A stretch of 64,000 bases of DNA from Felis catus. Taxonomy: Eukaryota. Where the stretch lies: the NCBI RefSeq assembly GCF_018350175.1, contig NC_058368.1:153266001-153330000 (forward strand), in the 5' to 3' direction. This document shows positions 24,591 to 37,905 of this stretch, one piece after another. The stretch's first letter is position 1. Each line of letters starts with the position of its first letter. A model generated the notes under the pieces. The model saw only the letters and a list, made by a program, of their open reading frames with translations, searched no databases and was not told the origin of the DNA. Made by a program: the position numbers and the translations under genes.

Positions 24591-27010
24591 TTCTCACTAG
24601 CAGACAAATGAGACTGTGTTGCTCGATTAAACTAATAATCTGTTTCAGGATGTTCCATGGTCATTACTGGCTGCATCCTGTGACCATCTGGAGACCAGAA
24701 TGACCAGCCAAACCCTGTGTCTTTGCACACACACAAAAACAACTTTTACAAAATTCATTGGCATGTTCCTTAAAGTTTGCTGTGTTCTTTGAACTCTCCT
24801 GACCTTGGGAAAATGCTTTGCCCACAGAAAACTTTTTCAGCCAATTGAGTTTGGACTCTTTTTAAAGGTCACATGGACTCATGTATTAAAAATACTATTT
24901 TGTACATTTCTATTTCCTTTTTTGGCTCCAGATACTAAATTTCTCTAGAGCTAACAAAGAATAAACGGAGATCAATGAAGAAAATGAATTTTAGGGAGCA
25001 CAGTATCTAGTCTAGCTCTTAATTCAAAGCTACAGGCCTAGTTGCAAAGACATTTCATTATTACATCAGTTATGCAATGTTATTCCATAAATATTTATTG
25101 AGAACTGATTATGATCTCAGATTCATGCTAGGTGTTATGGATGACAATGCTATTGCCCTCCAAGGAACTCACTGTTAGACTATCAGAGACTTTCTGTTAA
25201 TAATTCAGCAATTTATATGCCCCCGCCCAAGATAACTCAATTTTTAAAATATCATACGAGAAAGAGAAGTACAGCGTTATTTACTACTATCTTTATATAA
25301 TCAAAGTCAAAGGAAAAAACCCAGACCATTTTCTAATGGATTTAAATACCATATATTGTAAATCTGGTTAACTGAATTCATCTGAATTGGCTATCTTCCT
25401 ACTATCTAACCCATATCTGCTAAATAGGTACCAGTTTTCTCTTAGTTTATTTCTACAGTGGATCTAAAATGATTTCTTACATTCCTTTTATAATATAGTA
25501 ACTATATGAACTAATTATAGTAACTATAAAAAGTAAATATGAAAAGTTGTTGAAAATGAAACATATCTACATGGGAACATAAATTCCCTGTGACCACCTT
25601 TAGATATTTTAAAAGAAGTTCTCACTAAGAATGTGGATCTCCAAAATAAGGAAAGAAAGCCATCTTACGGCATTGCACTGTTGAAAAGCGTCCTATCTCC
25701 AGGATTTTTATGGATGATTCAGTTTGTTCCTTAAAATCAGATTCTCTAACAGCAACCCCATCTGACTCTGGGGGGAGTTACCATTTCTATTAGCTAAACT
25801 TCTAGGAAGCTATTTTCTTAATTATTTATACTAAGTTGAAACATACTTGAATGCTTTTAATGCTTATTAAACTAGGTACCAACACGTAACATTTTTTTTT
25901 TTATGCCAGGTTTGTGTGTGTATCGTCTCTGTTTCTAATTTCAATGGTTACTGTGAAATCTCAAGTAGAATCCTGAAAACTTCCAACCACTGGTCCTTCT
26001 CTACCAATCTTTCTGTTAATGAATTCATTCATTTATTCAGCAAATATTCATCATTTATCATGTGCCAGTCAGAGATAGGACCTAGGAGTGGAAATAAAGT
26101 CATGAACAAACAGAAAAGGCCTTGCCTTCATTGCAGTGAATGGAAATAGTATAAGAACAGTGAGAAGAAAGCATAGTGGGACATATGGTGATAAGTGCAT
26201 GAAGAAAAAATAATTCAGGAAAGGTGATACTGGTGTATTGATTAATAATAAAACGGTAGTGACAAGAATAGATTCTATTATCATCTGGATATCATAGTGG
26301 CTTCACATATTTGAATATACATCTGTTTGTTACTTGTAAATATTTCTAATAGGTAGGGTGCCCTGTGGGTTCATATAATATTCAAAATAATTGGTTCTAT
26401 ATTTTGTATATCATGAAGTTACATGTTGAAGCTGAGCTATAATAACAATGATTTTTTGTTTGTAGAGTTCTGTGGAACTCAACTGGGTCAGATTATAACA
26501 TTTTAGAACTTTGTTTCCATTGCTCTGAAGTGGAAACTGGCTTAAGTTGACTCTACAAAGTAGAGAATACAGTAAACTGGTCCCTGCCTGTGTATGTGCA
26601 TTTGCTTTCCGGGGTACATCAGCTCACACCGTACATTTGAAGTTTTTTTTGACCCTCCACCTGAGGTTTGGCTGAGGTTCTAGGGAAGACTTTTTGTTTC
26701 AAGTTAGGATAACCTCGAGCAGACTAGAGCCAAGGTACTTGATTAGAGACTCATTTGATTATATTACATATCCTTTTTATCAATATACTAGATTCCTCGG
26801 GACTTCCCATAACTTAAAATTCTTAGTAGGCTGCTTCCAAATTTTCCAAAACTAATTGATCTCACAAAAGATGAAAATATTCAACTGCATGACATTTTGA
26901 ATACCATTTTCCAATTCTAAATCTGACTAGCACCTCTAAACTCCAGTTCCAAACTCCATTGCCTTTCTACAATCCATGGTTCCTTTTCTTCCCCCTCAAC
27001 TCCCTATTCA

Positions 27011-27185
27011 ATAGTGACATGCTGGTAAACGTTTAATAGCTGGTTCTTCAGGATAAAAAGACCTGACTTAGAGTGTTTTTCCATTTCTGTGCTAGAAGTA
27101 CTCCTGCCTTAGCTGACTTTGAACTATCACTATGACATCATTGAAAATGGAGTTACAAAGACATGCTCACAGCTGATTCTCAGGA
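27011..27185. mobile_element. MER63-like hAT remnant
   Basis: 'tagtgacatgctggtaaacgtttaatagctggttc...gctgactttgaactatcactatgacatcattgaaaatggagtt'. Confidence 0.65.
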
Positions 27186-27360
27186 GAGGGAACGTGCTCA
27201 CACACCAGTGGGGGAGGGACACAGAGGGAGAGACAATCCTAAGCAGGCTCCACACTGCCCTGTCAGCACGGAGCCCAACGTAGGGCTGGATCCTACGAAT
27301 GGTAAGATCATGACCTGAGCCAAAATCAAGAGTCAGACATTTAACCGACTGCGCCACCCA
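27186..27360 (-). mobile_element. CAN-SINE lacking its tail and first bases
   Basis: Body present; no poly-T; head ends at ccaccca. Confidence 0.88.
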
Positions 27361-28706
27361 TCCATTCTTAATTGATTACCCCCCATCCATTCTTAATCAA
27401 TTAAAAAAAAAAACTACTGGTTTTCATTGAGAGGTAAAGGCTTTATGAAATTTTGTTCTTGGCATCCTAGCACAGAAATACTAGCCAGTTGACTATCAGT
27501 TGGCCAGCACATGATTAACATAAAAAGTATTATAAACATCTCAATATTTAATTATAATGATGTTGGGTTGTTTTCATCGTTGAAGGACAAAAGTGTGTTT
27601 GTCTTGAAGATAACTCAAAATGAGCTATTTTGAAATTTTATACAAAATCTCCAATAACAAGTGTTAGCAGAAATAGCAACATTTTAAACTTCCAAAAGAT
27701 TACATAATACATTAAAAGTTCCATTTTATGCTTGTAAATTACACATGAAATTACACAATTTTTTGTCATTGCACAGATATGCATGACCTTCCAACTGTAG
27801 TCCCTGTACACGCCTGGGAGAGAATAAATGGCTGACCATGTGTTTTGAGTAAGCATCACTGGTAGAGCAGCATGCAAACACAAGTAACATACAGAATGTT
27901 GTTGCCTGTGCTAAGCTGGCAATGAAGAAATTATTCAGAAAATATTTGTTAAGCAATTATCACACTTATTAGAAATATACAAGATGTTTTCATTTCAACT
28001 ATTAATTACCTGAACTATCAATCAGAGGTAGACCAAAACCCAGTATGTGTAATGTTCCATCACATTTTTAGACAGGCATTAATATGTGTAATTATTTCCA
28101 TCTATACATCTCCTATACACTTATCTGCAAAATGGAAAAAAAATTCTTCATTGAACTTTATTGGCCTGCCACCTGCAAAATTTTTAAATGATTTTCTCAC
28201 AAAGTAGCCACAATTGTTCATCAAAGTCACTAGTTTAAGACTCTTACTGGTCTTATCTCAAAGGAAACTGAGCTTAATAGTAATAATAATGCTTTTCATT
28301 TTAAAGATGTTTGCTCTAGTGATTCTAGAATTATTAGACTTATCCCCATTTTACATAAGGAAAGAAAGAAAGCTTGTGACCTGTGACTAGTTAGAACTGA
28401 AATGCAAATTTTTAAAAAAATTTTTACTATAAATGCAAAGCATTTTCTAAGCACTTGTTGGAAAACCACATATATTTCAGATTCTATTTTCTAGAGCCTT
28501 CCCCCCCCCCCCAACTTTAAGGTTGTAATAAGAAGTGTCCTCTGAATGCTCTTCTTTTGTCTTCTTAAGTCTTGATGTTTTGAAGATTTCCACTTCTTAC
28601 ATTATATTTAATTTCTAGTAGAACTCTTACCTTTTCTCCGTCTGTGTCTTAGTCACAGTCGGCCTTTTGCATTTTCATGTAAATGATAGACTTGCTTTAT
28701 CAAGTT

Positions 28707-28708
<2 letters not shown>

Positions 28709-28737
<29 letters not shown>
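28709..28737. repeat. (CA)n microsatellite
   Basis: Directly visible. Confidence 0.97.
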
Positions 28738-28739
<2 letters not shown>

Positions 28740-30295
28740 AATTGGAATGGGAGGTGGAAAAGTGTGCTAGAGAAAGAGAATAGGAAGAGATTTTGGGTGA
28801 TTTTGTTGGGGTATGTGTCAAGCACAGTGGCCAAAAGATTGACACCTACAAATTTGTGTTCAGCTAAGTTGTATCAGGCAAAAGGAAGAAAAATAAAAAA
28901 TAGATCCCCCCCCCCATTTTCTTCTCATAAGTTCAGTTCTTCTATAAGGTTGTTTCTCTGTAGCAGCTAACTACACTACCACGTCTCCAAAGATGGTGAT
29001 CCCATTCCCTACCACTTGGGGTCATTGAAAAAGAGACTAACACTAGAGTTAGGATTTCCTCATTCAGTGGAAAAATCCATGCTTAGCACCATGTCATTTT
29101 AAGGCTGTATGGTAGAGGAATGCAATTGAATAATATTGGCTGGGAAAAGGAACAATACACGTGGCTTTTTAATTCTTTCTGATGAGACATTAGACTCTAA
29201 ATGACCAGATTTCCAGAGATTTCCATTTTAGGGACTGTCAATCAGGAGCAGCATTGAGGAGCTAAATGTGTGCATGTCTGGACTCCACGGCTGCTAAAAA
29301 TGTTCCAGCTGCCAAACAGGGAGTGAGTGTTTCGTCAGCATGCAGCTGAAGGGTAAATGAGGACAGCCAGGCTGGGTACACTCTCACGGTTGCCTGTGTA
29401 CGTTCACCTCATGCCATACGCCTCCTTTCCCACCAGGCAGCTCCATCTTTCTCTCCTTTATGCTTAACAAGTATTCATACATTGAGATTTCAAAGTAACT
29501 TCTTTGTGTGTATTTAGGTGTTTTATGTGTCTTTTTGAGATAAAACTTGTTATGTTTAGAGATCATTTCTGGTTTCCTTAAAATGCAAGTAATCTGATTC
29601 ATGATAATGTGACATATGGAAGAGGGCCATGAATGTAGAACAAGGCGTTGGCTAATTTCCACAACTCGGGGCAAGTGCATGGCAGACTATGATCTAATTC
29701 TAGAGGGTATACAGTTTCAGATTTAACAGCTTAATAGAAGTGAAAAAAGATAAACTTGAGGACCCATTTGGTATAGAAATTCTTACTTAAGACCGTCCCT
29801 CAACAACAACAAAAATCTCTCAATGAGATAACTAAGAAAAAGGGAAAGTAGTAAAGACACTTGCTACCCTTGACGTTAACTCTGAATGAGGGTAGGAAGT
29901 CTTGATAATATTTAACCTCAAGCTAGTCCTCAACCTGAGTTTAGGGTCAGAATTGATACTCTGTATACGGCTCAAAATGCCCGAACAGAATTTACATTAA
30001 TGTGGTCCTGGGTTGGCAGAGTTCCTGGGAAGAATGGATAGAAGACAATGTAGATGTTTTAAATCTAAGTCCCAAACTTCTCACAAATAAATTTCCAAGG
30101 AACAGATGTACAGAATGAAAAAAACCTCAAAACAGGACAAACAATCCACTATGAGTAGGAGAAACAAAAACAAGAAAACAAAGTATCACCACCACAACAA
30201 AATCAAAGGCCATAGATACTGAAATTATAGGTTTTAATATATGATAATAAGCATGTTTAATATTTTAAAGAATTACTTTTAAAGAACTAAATAGA

Positions 30296-30510
30296 GGGAC
30301 GCCTAGGTGGCTCAGTCGGTTAAGTGTCCCAACTTCGGCTCAGGTCATGATCTCACAGTTTATGAGTTCGAGCCCCGAGTCGGGCTCTGTGCTGACAGCC
30401 CAGAGCCTGGAGCTGCTTCACATTCTGTGTCTCTCTCTCTCTCTCTGCCCCTTCCCTGCTCACACTCTGTCACTCTCTCTCTCAGAAATAAATAAGCATT
30501 AAAAAAAATT
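30296..30510 (+). mobile_element. CAN-SINE
   Basis: Full body. Confidence 0.95.
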
Positions 30511-31520
30511 AAAGAAAATAGAAATCCTCGAAATAATATATAATAATTAAAATAGAAGCTCTATGTACAATTTAAAAAGTTTATAGACAAAGCTGAAGAG
30601 TGAATTAGTAGGCTAGATGATTAAAGAAATTTTCCAGAACACTGCACAGTGATACATACATTAAAACTGCTATTAGAAGATATTTGTGTTTCTATTTGTA
30701 TATAAATATATTAATATATATTCAAGTGTAAGTGAAAGTATTCTAGGACTGTAGAAGACAGAAATCTTCACATTCAGGTACATAAGGAACTCTAAGCAAG
30801 ATCAGTGAAATCCACACCTAAACCTGTCATAGTTAAACTGTAGAACACCAAGAACAAAAATCAAAGTTTATTAACAAGAACAAAAAGAATGGGAAGTCTG
30901 AACAGGAATCTGAAACTAGATGGGTTTAGCAGAACTCAAGAAGCTTCCTACTCTAAAACAATAGTAGAGAAGGTAGAAAAACCAACCCAATATATACCTC
31001 AAAATCCACAAACAGCTCAGCAATGGCAGTGTCTGATAATTTTGGAAATGGGAATAAAGTTGGGCCTAATAAATGAGGATTGACTCAATGTTGAAGAATT
31101 AGATACCCAAAGCCTTGTAACTCCATATAGCAGGATTGCCATTTTTCTCCGTCAGCAGAGCACTGGAATTGTATCCCCCAGAGAGGATAGACCACAGTGT
31201 TTCTTGACTAGAGGGCTCAGCGCATAGTTGAGGGTAGAGGTGGCCACCACAATGAAAACTGATTAAATGAAATGTTTACATACTGGCTGTGGAAATACCA
31301 CCATCCTTCCACCAGCCCCCTTGGCTCTGAAACATTAGCAGTTAGGTTTTACTGGCAATGAAGGAGAAAGGAACAATGTCTCCTGGGGAATTTTCCTGCT
31401 CTCCCAAAGGCATCCATATGCACAGATGTCAGGGGTTTCCCAATGAAATGGTTTAACCAGAACACCTTGAAATAAGCTTGTGGCCAACAGGCCCCGTGCA
31501 TGGATATGGAACTCCAAACA

Positions 31521-31742
31521 TCTTTTTATTTTTAATAATTTTTTTATGTTTACTTTTCAGAGAGAGAGACAGAGTATGAGTGGGGGGAGAGGCAGAGAGA
31601 GAGACAAACACAGAATCTGAAGCAGGCTCCAGGCTCTGAGCCGTCAGCACAGAGCCTGATGCGGGGCTCAAACTCATGAACTGTGAGATCATGACCTGAG
31701 CCGGAGTCTAACGCTTAACCGACTGAGCCACCCAGGCGCCCC
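31521..31742 (-). mobile_element. CAN-SINE
   Basis: TSD ctccaaacatcttttt. Confidence 0.96.
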
Positions 31743-31862
31743 TCCAAACATCTTTTTAATGCTCCACTCTTAAATGAGAGCTCACAGCCAGGGATCACTA
31801 CGAGATACTGAGGAATATCAGAAAGAGATCTGAAAACAAAGAAACAGAAAAAATAATTTTAC

Positions 31863-32048
31863 TTTTTTAAGTTTATTTGAGAGAGAAAGTGCAAGTCAAG
31901 GAGGGGCAGAGAGAGAGGGCAGAGAGAGAATCCCAAGCAGGCTCTACATTGTCAGTGCAGAGTCTGATGCGGGGCTTGAACACACGAACCCTGAGATCAT
32001 GACCTGAGGTGAAGTCAGATGCTTAACCTACTGAGCTATCCAGGCAGT
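31863..32048 (-). mobile_element. CAN-SINE
   Basis: Reverse-complement body. Confidence 0.9.
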
Positions 32049-32192
32049 CATCAGAAAAAAGCATTTTCAAAGAAACAGCCATGCAAAGAGAAGAAAAACA
32101 CACTTTTAAGTTATTTTATATGTTCAGAGACATAAATAAGATAGTGCAGCCATAAAAAAATAAGATGCTTTATTAAAAGGATAGGAAAAAGC

Positions 32193-33107
32193 TGTGTAAG
32201 AAAAACAACCCAGTTTTTCTCTTCTGAGCCTTTCTCCTTTACTACTCACATAGAACACTTGTCTCTGTCACTTCTGACACTTCTAAGTCACTAGATGTAT
32301 GCAGATTTCCCCCCAAACTGAGCAATTCACCATGACACCAGCTGGGGGTCCTGCAATTTAACTCAGTTCTGACACTATCTACCTGGAAAGAGTATCAGAT
32401 CCAGCAGGTTAAGGATCTGATACACCCCCCCCCCCCACTTCAGATGCCCACCACAGGTAGTGGGTCCCCAAGTTACCCACAACTTCTGTCAGATTTGGCT
32501 ACAAATTGGAGGTTCCCATGACCCGCTCCTCAGGTTTGATTAATTTGCTAGAGCTGCTCACAGAACTCAGGGAAACACTTACTTACATTTAGCAGTTTAT
32601 TAAAGGATCTAATAAAGGATACAGATAAAGAACCAGATGAAGAGAGACATAGGATGAAGTCTGGGAGGGTTCTCAGAGCAGGAGCTTCTGTCCCTTGAAA
32701 CTGTGGGGTTTATCACCCTCCTGGTGTGGATGTACTCACTGTCCTGGATGTTTTCTGAATCTCCATATTATTGGGATTTCATGGAGGCTTCCTCATGTAG
32801 ACATGACCAATTATTACTTCCGTTTCCATCCCCCCTCCCCTCTAGAAAAGTGGGAGTGGGGCTGAAAATTCCGTTTCTACACTTGATCTGAGCTAAAAGG
32901 CCGAGAAGCAATGACAATTCCAAGCTTCTAATCATTGCTTGGTATTTCTGGTGACCAAACCCCATCCAGGAGCCCACCTAGAGTCACGTCATTAGAAAAA
33001 AAGATGCTCCTACTACTCTTATCAATTAGGAAATTACAAGGGTTTTAGCAGTTCTGTACCCAGAACCAGGGGGAGAGACCAATGTATGTATTTTCTATTA
33101 TCTCACA
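32193..33107. mobile_element. Solo LTR, MER21-like
   Basis: TG...CA termini; 'gacaccagctgggggtcctgcaatttaactcagttctgacactatctacctgga', 'aatttgctagagctgctcacagaactcagggaaacacttacttac'. Confidence 0.8.
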
Positions 33108-34065
33108 GGAGCCACTGAAAATTGTAAACACATAGAAATTAGAAGGGTTTACATGTAGAATTAAGAAAATCTTTGAGAAAGTAGAGCAAAAAGGCAAAGA
33201 GATAAAAAATAAGAGAAAATAAAATAAAGTTAAGACACAAGCTCATCACATCCAAATTTCAAGTAAGAGTAGGGAATATAGACAAACATCAAAAAATATA
33301 ACCCAATAATATTTCATAGAGCAGGAAAGTTCAGGAATTTCCAGACTGAAAGTGTTCACAGAGTGCTTGATAACGTGGATAAAAATAAACCTACCACAAG
33401 ATGCATCATTGTGAAATTTCAAAACACTAGGAGCAAAGAGCTTCAACAGAGGGTAAAGTCAGCACAGTGCCTTCAGAATTCTGAGTAAAATTATTTCCAA
33501 CTTCGAGCTCTGTATTCAAACTATCAACATTAGACCAACAGAGAGGGTGTTGAGGTAGGAGTGATGCTTTATTTTTCAGATTTGCTGGAAGGTGTATGAG
33601 TATTCATTTTATTATTCTTTAAGCCACATAGGTATGTTCTATATGCTGTTTAAACTCTAATATATCACATCATTAAAAAACCCCAAAAGATCAGCAAGCA
33701 AAACTGCAAATTTGCTTGTAAAACATTAGCAAACAAAATGTTAGAACTTGATGGAGTTGAATGATGGGTACATGTATGTTCTAGTCTATGTACCTTTTTG
33801 CATACTTAATGTATATTATAAAATATTTTAAGAAAAAATTTCAAAAGTCTGGGTGAAAAGGTGGTATGGCAGAAGAGAATGAGTGACAGCATGCTAAAAG
33901 ATCATTCTCTTTCTCTAGAATGATAAAAAAAGTGTTCTCCATGGTGGGCTCTGATCCCTACCAACTTATTTTACCATTTTTATACTTAAAATACTAAGCA
34001 GGTGGTCTCAATGAGTAGTCCATTCCACTTATAAACAGCTACATGAGCTTTTCCTTAAAAAACAA

Positions 34066-34259
34066 TTTTTTTTTAATGTTTATCTTTAAGAGAGAGAGAG
34101 AGAATGTGAGCAGGGGATGGGCCGAAAGAGAGGGAGAAATAGAATCTGAAGCAGGCTCCAGGGTCTGAGCTGTTAGAGGGTCTCGAACTCACCCACTGTG
34201 AGATCATGACCTGAGCCAAAGTTGGATGCTCAACCAACTGAGCCACCCAGGTGCGCCCC
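34066..34259 (-). mobile_element. CAN-SINE with small internal deletion
   Basis: Reverse-complement body. Confidence 0.92.
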
Positions 34260-34419
34260 ACAACGTGACCTTTTCTGTCAAATTATAGACCTCTTGGCTT
34301 GTTACAAATACCGTAAAAAATATATGTTGATGTCTTTCTTTTTTAGGTATTATTAGAAATAGGCTGGCTATCACAACTCCATCAATACTGTCTTATGGTT
34401 TATTACCTTTTGCCGGCTT

Positions 34420-34575
34420 TGGGTTCAGACCAGTTGGGCTGTTACCACTTACTAGTATTGTCTTAAGTAAAGTTTCTGTCTTCTTTTTCAGTTTCCTCAT
34501 TAGTATACTGGGAATAATAATAGTGTCTAACTTGTAGGGGTTTTGTGAAACTTAATGTTAGCTATTGTCATTATC
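34420..34575. mobile_element. MIR
   Basis: 'tcagtttcctcattagtatactgggaataataatagtgtctaac' core. Confidence 0.7.
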
Positions 34576-34821
34576 ACTATTTGCAAACGGTAGGGTTGTA
34601 TTGTCATAAACTAAAAGTGGTCATCATAGTCCTAACCCTGATAAAGAAATACAGAATGAACATTTTTACTTGTAATCTTAGATATAAATGTAGCCACACT
34701 GCAGAGTGATTAATAAAAGAATTCTAAAGGAAATATAAATATGGTAACACTAAAGATCAGTAGAGAGCACTACTAAGAGCATCTCTGAACTATGAAGCTG
34801 TTTGTTTTATTTGTATATATT

Positions 34822-34927
34822 TATACATAGAACACTTCATGAATTTGCATGTCAGCCTTGCATAGGGGCCATGCTAATCTTCTCTAAATTGTTCCAGTTT
34901 TAGTATATGTGCTGCTGAAGTGAGCAC
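34822..34927 (-). pseudogene. RNU6-like: U6 snRNA retropseudogene (near full length)
   Basis: Reverse complement gtgctcacttcagcagcacatatactaaaactggaacaatttagagaagattagcatggcccctatgcaaggctgacatgcaaattcatgaagtgttct aligns to U6; CpGs decayed; ACAGAGA box mutated (ttagaga). Confidence 0.95.
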
Positions 34928-35344
34928 GTGTTCATTACTTTTGAAATCCTGCTGGTATTTTTTTTTCCAAGAAAAACTTTTGATCCTTATTATAATGCAA
35001 AATATTTGACGTACAGCTAAGGACTTTTAGTTTGGTAAATATATATATTTGCCATTCTCCGTCATGACAATCAAATAAAACTTGACTCCACCCCTAGGTA
35101 AAGTGGTGAGTCAGGAGAGCAAAAAGAGTAGCAACATCCTCTTGAGCAAGATTCTTTACCTGCTGAGGTTTCTAAACTGCTGATATGTCAGTTTGGAGCT
35201 GCTTACAGCCTGCTTTCTGGGAGTACTTGCCTGAGAATGAAGGCAACTCTGAAGCCAGCAGAGCAGATCAGAGGAGGGGATTATTTTTAATGATAACGTT
35301 TGACTCTATCAGAAATCGGTCCAACCATGAACTTCCCACTTTTG

Positions 35345-35660
35345 CCAGTAAAGAAACAAAGATTAAGGAAAATAAAAGGTTATGCAGGAAAGAAAAATTA
35401 TCAAATGCTACATGGCTCAGCTGTGACTAGCTTTTATATTGTCATAATAATGTAAACAATGAATATTGATTTAACCAAAATTGCTATATAATTATATGTG
35501 GTAGATGTGAGGATGAGAAGAGGGATAGATATGAAGGGGTAATGGCAAAGCAATACTGAATCCACATCTACCTTGTTAGGAAGTCAATAGATAATGCCCA
35601 TTTCTGCAAAATCAAGAAACAGCACTATAAATATATTATCCAGAAATATGGCCTGAAATT
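35345..35660 (+). mobile_element. HAL1-like 3' remnant
   Basis: 'aatgtaaacaatgaatattgatttaaccaaaattg...ggaagtcaatagataatg'; similar to 51500-51890. Confidence 0.55.
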
Positions 35661-35689
35661 ACCCTTCTTCCCCCCACCCCCCAAACACT

Positions 35690-36900
35690 GGTTTAGAAAT
35701 CTTTGCCCTGGGCACTTGGTAGTCCCTTTTAATGTGCAAACTCATATCTTTCAATGCAAAGTGTTCTTGATTTACTTATTTGATTATTTTCTTCTATCCA
35801 TTTCCTCTTAACTCCCTTTCTTCAATTACTCGGATAGTGGGCTTCCTGGACTGTTCCTCTAGTTCTCTGATTTCTGAATCTTCTCTCTTGTGATCCTCTC
35901 ATTGTCTTCTTGCTCTACTTTCAGAGAGATTTCCTTAAGTATCTTTCAGCCTTTTATTATTTGTTTCGAAAAGTTTCTGCTCTCACAATTTGAACTTTTA
36001 GAAGCTCTTTTTTTGTTATTCTTTTTAGACAGATGATAGGTAATCATCATGCGGTTCTAATGCTTTGGATACAGTTATACTCTCTTGTCTGTTTGTAATA
36101 GATATGAAAGATAGGGTTTCTATTTACTTCCCTCCCCTCCATTCATCTCTTCAGTGTTGCTTCTGTCTGCTCCTTTCCATCTTTGTCTCGCACTTAGAGG
36201 CTTTCCTCAGAATGACCTTTGGTTTTCTAAGAGTGGGGAGATTGGACAGCTATGGGAAGCTCTGAGTACCTCTGGGTATAGTACATTGAAGGGGGCTTTG
36301 CCCTTGGTTGGTGAGTTGGGTGGTCTCTTTCATTGAAGGAACACTAATGTCAGAATTTTTACGTTTTCTTGGATCAGATTCCCGACAGGTGACTTTGCCA
36401 TTCCTAGGCCTTGGAGGTAGAGGCTGGAAGCAGGCATTACAGGAACCAAGTGCAGGAAGACAACACAGCCATTCTGAGAGCACCATATGTTAAAGTTCAC
36501 TGAGTTCCACTCTTTGTAGCATGGCTCCCCTAACTTCGATTTTTGCCTAGTGTCCTCTATTTCAAAGATCCTTTCTAGAATAAACCTGCCATGTTCTGTC
36601 TACCTGCACAGTAGGTCCATTATACAGAGTAGGTGAAGAGTTCTGGGGTGGTGGTGGTGGGGAAGATGTCTGACTGCACCCTACAAACACTTCCCACTCA
36701 TTCTCCTGTTGATAGCCTTACAGGTACCACAGTTCAGAAATAACTGTTGCCAACAATTTGGAGGCTTTAGGTAATCAGAAACATAAATTAATTTCTTACT
36801 TATACCCACAGTTGCTTTCTAAAGTTTTAACAGGTAGTTACTACTCTTATGTCTGCTTTTCAGTTTCTAAGACTTTCTTGTATTGACTTTTCTGCCCTCT
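35690..36900 (-). mobile_element. Ancient L1M/HAL1-like 5'/ORF1 remnant
   Basis: T-rich; 'ttgctctactttcagagagatttcctt', 'ttagaggctttcctcagaatg'. Confidence 0.45.
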
Positions 36901-36924
36901 TTGTCCTTATGAGGTTATTCTTTT

Positions 36925-37152
36925 TATTTTCTTTTTAAAAAATTTTTTAATGTTTATTTATTTTTGAGAGGGAGGGAAAGTGACAGAGAATGATGAGTGG
37001 GGGAGGGACAGAAAGAGGGAGACACAGAATCCGAAGCAGGCTCCAGGCTCCGAGCTGTCAGCACAGAGCCTGACGCGGGGCCCGAACCCGCGAACTGTGA
37101 GATCATGACCTGAGCCAGTCAGACGGTTATCTGACTGAGCCACCCAGGCACT
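36925..37152 (-). mobile_element. CAN-SINE
   Basis: TSD tgaggttattcttttt. Confidence 0.96.
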
Positions 37153-37675
37153 CTTGAGGTTATTCTTTTTAAATTACTTTTCTGTCATTTTGATGAGATT
37201 ATAGAAAGGAAGCAAACACAAGTACAAGAATTTTACCCTTTATTTTTACCTAGAAGTCTTCATTTTTCATTATCTTAGCTATTACAGCAAGGACTCTAAA
37301 GCTATAGGTGTTAGGTTTATATGAAATATCTAAAGATAGGTATCTTTTAAAATGGTTTAGATTGAGCAGATTTAGGCAAACCATGGAAACTCCTCTTTGG
37401 GTCTCACAATTTTACTCAGCTGTTACTAACTTCTCTAGAAGTTTTTACACTTTTAAAACTGACTCAGAAAAAGCTCTCTTCCATTTTCTAGGTCCTAAAA
37501 CAATTATTCTACACGTAATGCCTCCACATTTTGAATTCAGTAGAAGATTGTTTCACTGAGACGTAGTCTACTTTACTTTTACATCTATTTTCACCAAAAT
37601 ATTTTGTCTATGTTTAGTAAATTGCTTTTTCATGCCATATAAACAATGAGTAAGTTCTAAAAACTGTATTTTCCT

Positions 37676-37905
37676 GGGGCGCCTGGGTGGTTGAGCGTCC
37701 AACTCTTAATTTTGGCTCAGGTCATGATCTCGCGGTTCGTGAGTTCGAGTCCCGTGTTGGGCTCTGTGCTGCCAGCTCAGAGCCTAGAGCCAGCTTCGGA
37801 TTCTGTATCTCCCTCGCTCTCTGCCCCTCCCCCACTCATGCTCTGTCTCTGTCTCTCTGTCTCTCTGTCAAAAATAAATAAACATTAAAAAAGTTAAAAA
37901 AAAAG
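37676..37905 (+). mobile_element. CAN-SINE (short deletion in A-box region)
   Basis: ggggcgcctgggtgg joined directly to ttgagcgtcc. Confidence 0.94.

Larger units (their letters stand above)
29750..33830 (+). mobile_element. Ancient L1M/HAL1-like 5'/ORF1 remnants, fragmented by SINEs and an LTR
   Basis: A-rich plus strand with ORF1-like motifs 'gacaaagctgaagagtgaattagt', 'tccacacctaaacctgtcatagttaaactg', 'catcattgtgaaatttcaaaacac', 'gccttcagaattctgag'. Confidence 0.55.

Noticed and set aside
27777..27848. Plus-strand exon-like segment (ttgcacag|ATATG...TTGA|gtaagc)
   Set aside because: Stops in all three frames and no partner exons; at most non-coding
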